Of a stretch of DNA of 64,000 nucleotides, positions 37,943 through 48,018 are shown piece after piece. Origin of the DNA: Candidatus Moraniibacteriota bacterium. GTDB taxonomy: Bacteria > Patescibacteriota > Minisyncoccia > Moranbacterales > UBA1568. Within the stretch, counting starts at the first letter, position 1. Every line of letters begins with the position of its first letter. Location: the NCBI GenBank assembly GCA_028688415.1, contig JAQTYF010000001.1:208627-272626 (forward strand), given 5' to 3'. Position numbers and translations under genes: made by a program. A model generated the notes under the pieces. The model was not told where the DNA came from, searched no databases, and saw nothing but the letters and a program-made list of their open reading frames with translations.

Positions 37943-38287
37943 ATGATGTTATTGAAATGGCTCGTGAGTGCAATGGCATTTCTCGTGCTTCCATATCTCG
38001 TCTCAGGAATCAGCGTGAAGGGGATAGGTACCGCGCTTATCCTCGCTCTCGTGTGGGGACTGATCAATGTGACGATCAAACCAATTCTTCTTATCTTGAC
38101 CCTGCCGATTAACCTTCTCACATTTGGTATCTTCACCTTCATTATCAACGGATTCCTCCTCTGGCTCCTCGGAGGACTGATTCAGGGATTCGCAGTCCGT
38201 GGATTCCTTGCAGCCGTGCTCGGCGCTCTCATCCTTTCGGCTATTGGCACTATCACCCACTGGGCCATGCACAAGACTGAAATATAG
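37943..38287 (+). CDS. YvlD/DUF360 (4-TM 'phage holin family') membrane protein
   Basis: GLINVTIKPILLILTLPINLLTFGIFTFIING. Confidence 0.88.
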   Translation: MMLLKWLVSAMAFLVLPYLVSGISVKGIGTALILALVWGLINVTIKPILLILTLPINLLTFGIFTFIINGFLLWLLGGLIQGFAVRGFLAAVLGALILSAIGTITHWAMHKTEI

Positions 38288-38309
38288 ACAAAAATATATC
38301 CTGTTATCT

Positions 38310-38341
38310 TTGCGCGATACATTGCGCGATTATTGCGCGAT
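38310..38341 (+). promoter_or_regulatory. Three TTGCGCGAT direct repeats upstream of the Fic gene
   Basis: Copies at 38310, 38322 and 38333, followed by TGCTATACT (extended -10). Confidence 0.6.
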
Positions 38342-38391
38342 TATCATTTATGTGCTATACTGTAGGCATATAAACGGAACAGGGAAAAACT

Positions 38392-39444
38392 ATGTTCAAC
38401 CCAAAATATACGTTAACAGACAGTATTGTTTCGATGCTTACTTCTATTGCTGAAGTGAAGTCTGTTATTGAACATGCCCGAATCTTACCAAAGAATGAGC
38501 TGATGCTACGTCGGCAGGCTCTAGTACGATCGGTACATCATTCGACCGCCATCGAAGGGAATCAGTTGAATGTTTATGATGTCGAGGCGCTGGTAGGAAA
38601 GAGAAAAATAGATGCGCCGAATCGTGATATTTTTGAGGTACAGAATTATTTAAATGCTTTGAAATATATTGAAGAAATCGTTCAGGAAAAGAAAGTTATA
38701 ACGGAAAAAGTATTATTGAAGATTCACAAGCTTGTGACTCATAAAACTTTACCAGAAGAACAGTCTGGTCATTATAGAAAAAGCCCTGTCTATGTTGTGA
38801 GGCGGAAATTGGGGATGCCGACAGAAGTTATGTACACTGGTCCAGATGCAGAAAAAGTCCCGACTCTCTGTGCGAATCTGATGGCATGGATAATGAAGAG
38901 TGAAACAGAAATCAATCCTGTGATTGTAGCAGGCATCGTACACCAAGAGATTGCAGCTATTCATCCTTTTGCTGATGGAAATGGACGTACCGCGAGAGCT
39001 ATGGCGACGCTTATTCTTTACAAGCGAGGATACGATTTTCGAAAACTCTTTGCATTGGAGGATTATTACAACAGAGAACGGCAAGATTATTATAAGGCAA
39101 TAAATATAGGGGAGACCTATTCTGAGAGAAAAGTAGATTTCACGCCATGGCTTGAATACTTCACACTTGGTTTCAAAGAAGAAATCGATGATGTGAAAAA
39201 TAAAATTTTGTTATTATCTGCACGAAGAGTAAATAGCGACATCAATTCCCAGATATATTTAGCAGAGGATCAGATGAAAATTCTTGATTTCATTGATAAG
39301 ATGGGGAGGATCAATGTATCTGATATTGTTGATATTCTTGGTTGTCCAAAAAGAACTGCACAGTTTCATCTATTGAGACTGAAGAAGATAGGAACCATCA
39401 AACAGGTTGGCAAAGGTCCAGCATCAGCTTATATTTTGAAATAA
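38392..39444 (+). CDS. Fic family protein with C-terminal winged HTH
   Basis: STAIEGN inhibitory motif, HPFADGNGRTAR, C-terminal HTH. Confidence 0.92.
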   Translation: MFNPKYTLTDSIVSMLTSIAEVKSVIEHARILPKNELMLRRQALVRSVHHSTAIEGNQLNVYDVEALVGKRKIDAPNRDIFEVQNYLNALKYIEEIVQEKKVITEKVLLKIHKLVTHKTLPEEQSGHYRKSPVYVVRRKLGMPTEVMYTGPDAEKVPTLCANLMAWIMKSETEINPVIVAGIVHQEIAAIHPFADGNGRTARAMATLILYKRGYDFRKLFALEDYYNRERQDYYKAINIGETYSERKVDFTPWLEYFTLGFKEEIDDVKNKILLLSARRVNSDINSQIYLAEDQMKILDFIDKMGRINVSDIVDILGCPKRTAQFHLLRLKKIGTIKQVGKGPASAYILK

Positions 39445-39601
39445 GCTCTAAAAATAAAAAATCCCCGCCTAACGATGTTGAGTGTTACCTCTTGGCCGGG
39501 ATCTTTAATGTCATTGTAGCAGAAAATGCTGATTTGTCTATGTCTGAATCGTCTAAAATACATCTATTAATCGTATATAAAATTATATAATTAATCTTAA
39601 A

Positions 39602-39663
39602 AGTAGTGAATGGATGGTTGTTTTTGGTGTCTATTCACTACTAATTGACAAAAAGTAGTGAAT
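39602..39663. promoter_or_regulatory. Three AGTAGTGAAT boxes (+,-,+) around TTGACA
   Basis: 39602-39611, 39633-39642 (inverted), 39654-39663. Confidence 0.6.
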
Positions 39664-39710
39664 GAGTGAGATTTTCTTTGAGGGAAGGGGTGTGGTATAA
39701 TAGGCGTATT

Positions 39711-39785
39711 ATGATGAAAGCACATGAAAACTATCGTGAGCTCATTTGGATGCTTGCCAAGACTGATTTAACAGAGGAAAAATAA
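39711..39785 (+). pseudogene. N-terminal remnant of a Wzm-type ABC polysaccharide permease
   Basis: MMKAHENYRELIWMLAKTD then an early stop; resembles the YRELI..LAKTDFKLRY start of Wzm proteins. Confidence 0.6.
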
Positions 39786-39788
39786 ACT

Positions 39789-40451
39789 ATGAATATAAAA
39801 TTTCGTGATTTGTATGTGACCAAGATAAAGAAATATATTCCAAAAAGAATATTTCTTTTTTATAATGCATTCAAACAACGCCTCCATATCAAGTTCCCAG
39901 AAAGCAGACTCGCCCACAAATACCTCGATGGATTGAAGGGTTTGGAAATAGGAGGTTCTGTCCATAATCCATTTGGCCTCGATACGAAGAACGTTGATTA
40001 TACTGTTGAAGAAAATCAGTATAAGAAGCTTGAAAAGAAGTTTACTGGAGAATCATTGAAAGTAGACATTGTCGCTCCTGGCGATGAAATACCTCTCCCT
40101 GATGAGAGTCAGGATTTCGTCTTGAGCGCACATGTCATCGAACATTTCCCAAATCCGATCAAAACACTAAAAGAATGGTATAGGCTCATTCGCAAGGGAG
40201 GATATATTTTCATGATTGTTCCTCACAAAGAAAGAACTTTTGACAAAGGACGAGAACGAACAAAACTTCAAGAGCTCATTGATTGCTATGAAGGACGCAT
40301 TGTGAGGAATCCAAATCCAGATGATCATTATTCTGTCTGGATTACCGAGGATATGGTAGAGATAGTAAAATATCTCGGCTGGAATATCGTCGAGGTTCAG
40401 AACGTCGATGACAAAGTAGGGAATGGATTTACTATTGTGATTCAAAAGTAA
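39789..40451 (+). CDS. Class I SAM-dependent methyltransferase
   Basis: GLEIGG, DFVLSAHVIEH, RKGG. Confidence 0.85.
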   Translation: MNIKFRDLYVTKIKKYIPKRIFLFYNAFKQRLHIKFPESRLAHKYLDGLKGLEIGGSVHNPFGLDTKNVDYTVEENQYKKLEKKFTGESLKVDIVAPGDEIPLPDESQDFVLSAHVIEHFPNPIKTLKEWYRLIRKGGYIFMIVPHKERTFDKGRERTKLQELIDCYEGRIVRNPNPDDHYSVWITEDMVEIVKYLGWNIVEVQNVDDKVGNGFTIVIQK

Positions 40452-40467
40452 CAAGCTTGAGATTTTA

Positions 40468-40498
40468 GAAAAGCCATTCATATTTAGAATGGCTTTTT
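40468..40498. terminator. Bidirectional terminator between convergent genes
   Basis: AAAAGCCATTC...GAATGGCTTTT. Confidence 0.75.
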
Positions 40499-40499
40499 A

Positions 40500-41225
40500 T
40501 TATTCCTCTTCTTTTTTGAAAACGAGTAAATAAACAGGCCCTAGAGTGCCAATAAAGAAGAGAGAAAATATGAGAGTAAGACTGGTTCCTTTGAGGAATT
40601 CTGGCTTGTACTGTGACAATCGGTTATTGAGTTGCCCGAGGTCGCCCAAGAAACTTCCAGTACCGTAAGCAGGACGCATCTGGAGTGTCCTATTTTCGTA
40701 TATGAGATAACTTCCTATATTGGTATATGACCAGCCGAGAAACTGTTCTCCTTTGCTTGCACCGAGGTATGGGCGATCACCCTTGCGATTGACCAGTGAG
40801 TAGTACGTCGTTTTGAAACAGTACGTTTGTCCGAATGAATGAGTCAGAGGAGGAAATGTGAAATGATAATAGGTAGAAGGAGACAGATCATAAGAATGAT
40901 ATGTGCTCTGTGCAAGTATTTTCTCACAAGTAGCATCAGCAAGTTCGAAAACTATTTTTTCTCTGAATTCGAGATCTGAATTGCCGAGAACAATTTTTAT
41001 CTGATTAAGATTGTTTTCTTTCGCAATGAATGTTTGTGTCACTGGTTTCTCCGGATCGAGTTTTACTTGATGTGTTCTTCCGGGGAAAGTGTAGCTGGAA
41101 TCAGGAAAACTCAAATTTGCAAAAAATGAACCGAAAATCCAAATAAGCCAACTCACAAAAAGCGTAACAAGGATTTTTCTTTTCTGTTCTTCTATGAACT
41201 CAATTATTTTCATACCGTTATGCAT
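40500..41225 (-). CDS. Hypothetical membrane protein with an extracellular beta domain
   Basis: TM helices at both ends; downstream of the GT-C gene. Confidence 0.7.
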   Translation of the reverse strand: MHNGMKIIEFIEEQKRKILVTLFVSWLIWIFGSFFANLSFPDSSYTFPGRTHQVKLDPEKPVTQTFIAKENNLNQIKIVLGNSDLEFREKIVFELADATCEKILAQSTYHSYDLSPSTYYHFTFPPLTHSFGQTYCFKTTYYSLVNRKGDRPYLGASKGEQFLGWSYTNIGSYLIYENRTLQMRPAYGTGSFLGDLGQLNNRLSQYKPEFLKGTSLTLIFSLFFIGTLGPVYLLVFKKEEE

Positions 41226-41248
41226 AATACAAGATACTTGATACTGTT

Positions 41249-42745
41249 CTAGAGATAATAACGAGGGATAATAACATCGATCATCGCATGCAAGGAGAGT
41301 AAAATCATTGAAACAAGAAGTGTTTTGATGAGAATATCGAATTGTTTCTTGCTTCGAGTGAAAAAGCCCAAACCAACTGCCATAACTATGATATGAGGAA
41401 TGATAGTTGGTAAGAAGTAGCGTCCTGGTTGGCCGATGAGAATTTGTTTGTATGCATCAAATATACGCCAATCGAAGAATCGAATAGCGAGCTGAAGTGC
41501 TATCATAATACCGAAAAAGAACAGAATATATTTTTTTTCAGGGAGATAACTTTTTTCCGTCCCCATTCTTATTTTTTTGAGAAATCTTTTTGGAACAAAA
41601 AACAATACGATACCGAATAACGCTATGATTTCGAGTATCCAAATACCTTGTATGATGTTTCCAGACAGAGGTGTGTCGAGCCAGCCGAAATTACCCCAAT
41701 AAGATTTTTCTGTACGGAGAACGGAGGTCATATTGATAGTCTTATCAATATATTTCGTCAGAGATTCGACTGGAGAATCAAATTTCGAGGTTGCATTGAA
41801 ATTTGTGATACTGACGAAATAGCTTTTTGGAACAGAGAGGGTGATAACGGCAACGAGTATAAATATTGCAATACTTACATACAAAGAAAACTTTTTCAAT
41901 GAAATGTTGAATCGTTTGTAAATCAGATAACCAAGGAGGAATGGAGTAATGGCAAATAAGACGATTCCAGGGCCTTTGGAATAAAATGCGAGAGGCAAGG
42001 AAAGAATCAGAAGGAGGATATCTTTCCAGTGCATTCCACTATGGAGCAGGGAAACAGATGCATAAATATAAAATGAAAATGCGAGGATGAGAGCAATATC
42101 GATGTTTACCTGTGAAGCAGAGGCCGAAAACATCGGTTGAAAAGCGACAAGAGCAGTAATGATGAGACTGTTTTGTTTGGAAAATCCGATTTTCTGTGAA
42201 ATGAGATAGGCAAGAAACACGATGAGTACTCCCATGACAACCGAGAGGAGACGCATCGAGAAGAGGCGAGTCAGGATAGATTGATCAGAGAGTATCTGTT
42301 CGACTTTTGCTCCGAGAGAATAATAGAAAGATATTGTCCCAGAAATATTCGCAGGGTAGGTATCTATATATCTTTTCCAGTTATTACTCATGATCTCATC
42401 TTCATGTAATCCTCTATCAGACTGAGAAAATTCCTGAGTATTTTCTTTTTGAAACTTCACATCATCGAATTGCAATTTTTGAGCAGTTTGGATGGTTTCT
42501 TCTGAAAAATGATACGTAGAGATATCGATACCATTTGAACTATCTTTCCCTTGTTTTATTGTCCATGTTTTTTCATTTGGCTCAGCTCGTTGTTGGATAG
42601 TGGCATAGTGAGTCTGTTCATCAGGAGCCTGGAAAAAAGGAAAAAGAACGCTCAAAAAAACACCCTTGAAGAAAAAAACAACAAGAATGAGAGTTAAGAT
42701 AAATTCAGGAGCTTTGATAAAAGCCAGAAACCTCTGTTTATTCAT
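41249..42745 (-). CDS. GT-C fold membrane glycosyltransferase (ArnT/PMT/DUF2142-like)
   Basis: PFFQAPDEQTHY, multiple TM helices, SYWGNFGWLD, QPGRYFLP. Confidence 0.8.
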   Translation of the reverse strand: MNKQRFLAFIKAPEFILTLILVVFFFKGVFLSVLFPFFQAPDEQTHYATIQQRAEPNEKTWTIKQGKDSSNGIDISTYHFSEETIQTAQKLQFDDVKFQKENTQEFSQSDRGLHEDEIMSNNWKRYIDTYPANISGTISFYYSLGAKVEQILSDQSILTRLFSMRLLSVVMGVLIVFLAYLISQKIGFSKQNSLIITALVAFQPMFSASASQVNIDIALILAFSFYIYASVSLLHSGMHWKDILLLILSLPLAFYSKGPGIVLFAITPFLLGYLIYKRFNISLKKFSLYVSIAIFILVAVITLSVPKSYFVSITNFNATSKFDSPVESLTKYIDKTINMTSVLRTEKSYWGNFGWLDTPLSGNIIQGIWILEIIALFGIVLFFVPKRFLKKIRMGTEKSYLPEKKYILFFFGIMIALQLAIRFFDWRIFDAYKQILIGQPGRYFLPTIIPHIIVMAVGLGFFTRSKKQFDILIKTLLVSMILLSLHAMIDVIIPRYYL

Positions 42746-42865
42746 ATTTCCAGTATATCACATCCAAAAAATGACGTATCAAATGCTATTTGGAAAGAAA
42801 AAAGAATGAGCGTATAATAAGGGGGTTATCAGAAGTCTTTTTTAATTTTTTTCACACGAGAAGAT

Positions 42866-43714
42866 ATGAAAATCTTGATTGTCGGAGGAGCAGGGTTTGT
42901 CGGGACACATATGCAGAAATTTCTTGCTGATAAAAAAGAAATTACTTTTCAAGTATATGACCAAGTAAATGGAGATGATACCAGAGATCGATTTAAACTC
43001 GACAGATTGTTCGAGAGTGAAGGATTTGACGCTATTATCAACCTCGCCGCACGCGCCGGCGTACGTAGAGGTGAAAGTTTTCCAGAAGAATATTTCAGTA
43101 CCAATGTTATTGGTCTCGTGAATTTGATCGAAATGGCAGAAAAATGGGGGGTGAAGAAACTCGTACACTATTCATCGAGTTCAGTATTTGGAAATGATGA
43201 GCAGGTAGCGACAGATGAGAATTATCCCAAGAAACCAAAATCTATCTACGGTATTACGAAACTTGCTGGTGAACTCCTTCTCCAGAAATCAAAACTCGAC
43301 TATACCATCATCCGACCGTTCACTATTGTCGGAGAGAACGGTAGAAAAGAAATGGTTGTGTACAAATGGTTGAATCAGATCAAGGCAGGGCGAAAGGCTA
43401 CATTCTACGGAGACGGCACTACATACAGAGGTTATACGTATATAGAGGATATGCTTCGTGGCACTATCGAATGTCTGACTAATTCAAAAGCGAGTAGACA
43501 GGATTTCAATCTCGGAGGTGATCAGATCATCACTCTCGAAGATTTGTGGAATATATTCAAAGAAGCCTATCCACAGGCAGAGCGAGAAATGCTCCCGATG
43601 CCAAATACCGATCAGATGTTCAGTCTGGCCAATGTCAGCAAAGCAAAAGAACTCCTCGGCTGGGAACACAAGACTGATATTAAGAAGAAGATACAGGAGA
43701 TGATAGCGTTGTAA
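42866..43714 (+). CDS. NAD-dependent nucleotide-sugar epimerase/dehydratase
   Basis: GGAGFVG, LAARAGVR, SSSSV, YGITK. Confidence 0.9.
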   Translation: MKILIVGGAGFVGTHMQKFLADKKEITFQVYDQVNGDDTRDRFKLDRLFESEGFDAIINLAARAGVRRGESFPEEYFSTNVIGLVNLIEMAEKWGVKKLVHYSSSSVFGNDEQVATDENYPKKPKSIYGITKLAGELLLQKSKLDYTIIRPFTIVGENGRKEMVVYKWLNQIKAGRKATFYGDGTTYRGYTYIEDMLRGTIECLTNSKASRQDFNLGGDQIITLEDLWNIFKEAYPQAEREMLPMPNTDQMFSLANVSKAKELLGWEHKTDIKKKIQEMIAL

Positions 43715-43808
43715 TTAGAATGTTAAGGGATTGCTTTTATTTCAATAAATATCTGTAAAAAATTCTAGCAATTGAATGCTGTATTAGATATATCTTTTCA
43801 GGCGGTAC

Positions 43809-43863
43809 TTGACAAAATTTATCAGTATAGTAAACTAAAGGTAAGAATAATTCATACCTTTAG
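43809..43863 (+). promoter_or_regulatory. AbiE promoter with inverted repeat CTAAAGGTA..TACCTTTAG
   Basis: TTGACA at 43809; inverted repeat 43835-43863; AbiEi proteins are known autorepressors. Confidence 0.55.
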
Positions 43864-43877
43864 ACTATAATAATGAT

Positions 43878-44450
43878 ATGGAAAGCTTTCTGACAACTAT
43901 CTATGGATCGAAACAAACGGTTTTCACAAGTAGGGAAATCGCTCTTTTGACTGGCACAAAGAATGCTAATAACCTCAAATCCAAGCTTTCGTATTATGTG
44001 AAAACAGGGGGATTGATCCGACTGCGAAGAGGTATTTTTGTCAAAAACAAAGACTATGACAAAAATGAATTGATCGTACGGATATATACACCGGCATATT
44101 TGAGTTTTGAAACGGTGCTTGCCAGGGAAGGTATGATATTTCAATATTATGAATCCTTGTTCGTCGCGAGTTATCTCTCGCGTGATATCTTTGTCGGTGG
44201 AACCAAGATTATTTATAAGAAGCTCAAGAATGAAGTATTGACAAACAAAAAAGGACTCATTAATCGTGGATATTATTTCGAAGCGACAAAGGAGCGAGCG
44301 TTTTTGGATAGGCTATACCTCTTCCCTCGTTATGCCTTTGATAACCTTCGTGGAATAGATTGGAGTGTGTGTCAGGATATTGTTCCAATATACAAGAGCA
44401 AGAAACTTCAAAAAACATTAGAAAAATATCAGAAAGAATATGCCAATTAA
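43878..44450 (+). CDS. Type IV TA antitoxin, AbiEi-like
   Basis: VFT..EIA, LIRLRRG, PAYLSFETVL, ATKERAFLD. Confidence 0.82.
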   Translation: MESFLTTIYGSKQTVFTSREIALLTGTKNANNLKSKLSYYVKTGGLIRLRRGIFVKNKDYDKNELIVRIYTPAYLSFETVLAREGMIFQYYESLFVASYLSRDIFVGGTKIIYKKLKNEVLTNKKGLINRGYYFEATKERAFLDRLYLFPRYAFDNLRGIDWSVCQDIVPIYKSKKLQKTLEKYQKEYAN

Positions 44451-44461
44451 TAAGAAAAAAT

Positions 44462-45160
44462 ATGTTTAACAAAGACAAACACAAGCTGATAATGACCCGG
44501 ATATTGAAGGATATCTATTCTGATGTGACTATTTCATCGCTTCTCGGTTTCAAGGGTGGAACAGCGGCTTATTTATTTTATGAATTACCGAGGTTTTCTG
44601 TCGATTTGGATTTTGATTTGTTGGAAAATTCTCAGAGTAATAGAGATCTCGTCTTTGAGAGAATTCACGATATATTGTCGAAATACGGAGAAGTCAAAGA
44701 TGAACAAGAGAAATTTTTCACCGTATTTTTTTCGCTTTCTTATGAAGCAGGTGAACATCAGATCAAGGTTGAAATAAATACAAGAAAGACGGGAGCTCGT
44801 TATGAAATGAAGAGTTATCTCGGTATCCCTATGTTGGTCACAACGAAAGAGTCTATGTTCGCAGGGAAGCTCGTCGCGATGACACAGAGGAAAGAATTTG
44901 TTTCTCGTGATCTCTATGATACTCATTTTTTTCTGACACAGATGTGGGATATAGATAGAGATGTCCTGACTTCTTATCAAATCGAATCTTTGAAGACATA
45001 TCTTGAGACTTGTATTGCATTCATAGAGGATATTCCTGATAATGTACTATTGGCTGGTCTAGGGGAATTGATCGATGAAAAAGCGAAAGTATTTGTAAAG
45101 AATAAATTGAAAAATGATACCATTTTTCTCTTGAAAGTTCGATCAGATATCCTCAAATAA
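44462..45160 (+). CDS. AbiEii/AbiGii nucleotidyltransferase toxin
   Basis: FKGGTA..RFSVDLDF, IKVEIN, K..A..R..RDLYD. Confidence 0.9.
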   Translation: MFNKDKHKLIMTRILKDIYSDVTISSLLGFKGGTAAYLFYELPRFSVDLDFDLLENSQSNRDLVFERIHDILSKYGEVKDEQEKFFTVFFSLSYEAGEHQIKVEINTRKTGARYEMKSYLGIPMLVTTKESMFAGKLVAMTQRKEFVSRDLYDTHFFLTQMWDIDRDVLTSYQIESLKTYLETCIAFIEDIPDNVLLAGLGELIDEKAKVFVKNKLKNDTIFLLKVRSDILK

Positions 45161-45382
45161 GAATATCTGCATTCTGTATCTCCTGTCACTTATCTTCACT
45201 CAGTGTAATTGTTTACTCTAGTAAAACAGGATTACACAGGGTGAATTCATTATTATCTGCGTTCTTTTCAACTATCTCTTATCCCTTATTTAGCATCTAT
45301 TATCCCTCCATACCCCTCTGTGGCATGGGTTGTGGTAGTCTCGGAATTGGCGTATAATAAGGGGGTTGTATAGAGCCTTTTT

Positions 45383-46735
45383 ATGATTTCATCTGTAGGA
45401 ATAAAGCAGAAACTGTTTCAGATTGCGGAGATCATCCATCTCCGTATTTTTGGGCATGAAATGGGGGAGGAAATGAGAAAATTTATCGGAAATCTCTCCT
45501 GGTCATTCTTTGGAGGGATAATTGCTTCGGTACTGATGTTTGGAGTAAATGTTGGTATGGGACGGTATTTTGGACCCGAAGAGTATGGGAAATATAATTT
45601 TGTATTGATTCTGAGTCAATTTCTATTAATTTTTATATATCTAGGAACAGATGTTTCAAGTGTGAAATTTCTTTCTAGCGAGAAAGAAATGTCGGACAGG
45701 AAATCGTTTTTTTCGAGTTCGTATTATTTCGTTTTTGTGATGATTCTCTTGTCTTGGTGTGTATATTATTTCGTTCATCAGAAGATTGAGAGTTATTTCC
45801 ATATAGATAGTCAATATCTATTTCTCGCCCTCATCTTAGGATCAGTTCTTGGTATGAAGGGTGTGGTCGATGGATATTTGAGAGCATTCTCTCTCTTTCG
45901 TTTTCAGGCATTTTTGCGTGTTATTGAGGCGACTTTGGTCATTATTTTCCTTTTTTTAATTTTAAAAGTGTTTGGCATAAGGGAATATCAATACTATGTG
46001 TATGCGATTGTAGGAGGAGCCGTCTTGTTTTCGCTTATAACTTTATTTCGATTGAAAGAGAATTTTGGAGTGTTTCGATGGACGTCTTTAAAATTGATGT
46101 TGTCTTATGGAAAAGTTGTTCTTATGGGCGTGGTTTTGGGCGCGGTATTTAATTCGCTTGATAAGATAATTGTTGCAAAATATCTTGGCGTGACACAATT
46201 AGGGGTTTATTCAGCGTATTTTATGACTTCGACTAATCTTATTGCACAAATGACGCAAGTATTCAATAATGTCTTTTTTCCAGCTATCTCTCGAGTAGAT
46301 AATATAGCGTATGTGGCGAAAATAAACACATTAATGAAACAGTTTTTTGTTCCTGGTGGAATTATTTTTTCTTTAGTTTTATATGGGATACTGCTTATTT
46401 TTGGGAAAGCCTATAAGCCAGATGTCTTTTTGGCAATCGGATTTGGATTCTTATCTATTCTTCAAATTATTTTCACCATAAATGCATCAATAATTATGGC
46501 TCTTTCAAAAGAACTACTCAAGAGATACTATTTTTGGTTGTACAGTGTAAGTTTCCTTCATATTGCTTTCTATGGAATTTTTATATATTTCAAATTTGTT
46601 ACGATACCGATTTTGCTCCTATTATTTTTCATAAATTTTTCAGTGATAATATTTATTCAAAAAAATCTTATAAATACCTTTATCAAAGCAAAAAAAAATC
46701 CTCATTCCCAGTTTATTTCTGATATGGTAGAATGA
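45383..46735 (+). CDS. Wzx-type polysaccharide flippase
   Basis: RYFGPEEYG, DKIIV..LG...LGVYS, ~12 TM helices. Confidence 0.85.
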   Translation: MISSVGIKQKLFQIAEIIHLRIFGHEMGEEMRKFIGNLSWSFFGGIIASVLMFGVNVGMGRYFGPEEYGKYNFVLILSQFLLIFIYLGTDVSSVKFLSSEKEMSDRKSFFSSSYYFVFVMILLSWCVYYFVHQKIESYFHIDSQYLFLALILGSVLGMKGVVDGYLRAFSLFRFQAFLRVIEATLVIIFLFLILKVFGIREYQYYVYAIVGGAVLFSLITLFRLKENFGVFRWTSLKLMLSYGKVVLMGVVLGAVFNSLDKIIVAKYLGVTQLGVYSAYFMTSTNLIAQMTQVFNNVFFPAISRVDNIAYVAKINTLMKQFFVPGGIIFSLVLYGILLIFGKAYKPDVFLAIGFGFLSILQIIFTINASIIMALSKELLKRYYFWLYSVSFLHIAFYGIFIYFKFVTIPILLLLFFINFSVIIFIQKNLINTFIKAKKNPHSQFISDMVE

Positions 46736-46759
46736 GCTTGTTATTTATTATAAACATAA

Positions 46760-47320
46760 ATGAATATGATAAAGAAAAACGTTGAATTGATTCTCAGTGA
46801 AATAAAGACTGTTTTTGAATCATTAGATGAAAATCAGGCTATATTGCTTCGAGATGAAATTTTGAATGCGAATACGATAGTAGTTTGTGGGGCTGGTCGG
46901 GTAGGTATGGCGATACGTGGCTTTGGGATGCGATTAGGACATCTTGGAATGAAAGCCTTTACTCTCGGTGATTCGGTGGTTCCCGGAATCAGCAAAGGTG
47001 ATTTGCTGATTGTTGCATCCGGATCAGGAGAAACTCAAACTATATTTGACCTTGTTGAAATTGGGAAAAAAAATGGTGTACGCATTGCTTTGATAACTGG
47101 TAATCCTGAATCAAGAATGGGGAAACTTGCAGATATTGTAGTGAAAATTACAGCTCCATCAAAAACAAAAGCAGTTGAGGGGTTTATATCGATTCAACCG
47201 ATGACAACCTTAAACGAACAAAGTCTCGGAATATTTTTTGATGCTCTTGTATTAGATCTTATGGAAAAAATGAGAGAAACCCATGATACTATGTGGGCGA
47301 GGCATTCTAATTTGGAATAA
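46760..47320 (+). CDS. SIS-domain sugar-phosphate isomerase (HxlB/PHI-like)
   Basis: GAGRVG, MRLGHLG, ASGSGET, HSNLE C-terminus. Confidence 0.88.
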   Translation: MNMIKKNVELILSEIKTVFESLDENQAILLRDEILNANTIVVCGAGRVGMAIRGFGMRLGHLGMKAFTLGDSVVPGISKGDLLIVASGSGETQTIFDLVEIGKKNGVRIALITGNPESRMGKLADIVVKITAPSKTKAVEGFISIQPMTTLNEQSLGIFFDALVLDLMEKMRETHDTMWARHSNLE

Positions 47321-48001
47321 ATGTATACTATGCACGATCACAAACACTGTCAGTTAGCTGCATCAATAATTTGTGGCAATTCTTTCAATCTTGAGTCGGA
47401 TTTGGCTGCTCTTGAAAAAGGGGGAATTGATTATATTCATTTTGATGTGATGGATGGAGTATTTGTTCCACGCTTTGGATTGTTTCCTGAATATTTGAAA
47501 GCTATTCGCTCCAAGACAAATCTTCCGATAGAGGTTCATATGATGGTGCAGGATCCGGAGCCGTATATTCAGGACTTCGTGAATGCTGGAGCGACAATGC
47601 TTACTCCGCACATAGAGCCGCTTATGCATGTTCATCGCACGGTAATGAAGATTAAGAGTGCAGGCGTTCAGGCTGGGTTGGCACTTAATCCCGGAACACC
47701 ACTTTCATCGCTTGATTCTATTTTGGAAGATTTGGATTTGGTAATGCTGATGGCTATCAATCCTGGTATTGTGGGTCACAAACTTATCCCAAGAACCATG
47801 GGGAAAATTGCGGAGTTGCGAAAAAAAATCGATGAAACAGGCAAGGATATTATGATAGAAATTGATGGTGGTGTCACGCCTACGAGTGGGATTGAAATGG
47901 TCAGGGCGGGTGCAAATATGTTGGTGTGTGGTACAGGGACAATTTTTCAGCCACCAGCAAAACTGGATGACAAGATACGAGAATTTCGATTGACATTATA
48001 A
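47321..48001 (+). CDS. Ribulose-phosphate 3-epimerase family protein
   Basis: HFDVMDGVFVP, EVHMMV, LALNPGT, MAINPG, EIDGG. Confidence 0.9.
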   Translation: MYTMHDHKHCQLAASIICGNSFNLESDLAALEKGGIDYIHFDVMDGVFVPRFGLFPEYLKAIRSKTNLPIEVHMMVQDPEPYIQDFVNAGATMLTPHIEPLMHVHRTVMKIKSAGVQAGLALNPGTPLSSLDSILEDLDLVMLMAINPGIVGHKLIPRTMGKIAELRKKIDETGKDIMIEIDGGVTPTSGIEMVRAGANMLVCGTGTIFQPPAKLDDKIREFRLTL

Positions 48002-48018
48002 TTACTAGAAATATTGAT

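Noticed and set aside
37943-38287. 'Phage holin' as evidence of a prophage
   Set aside because: The YvlD/DUF360 family is a common chromosomal membrane protein; no lysin or other phage genes nearby.
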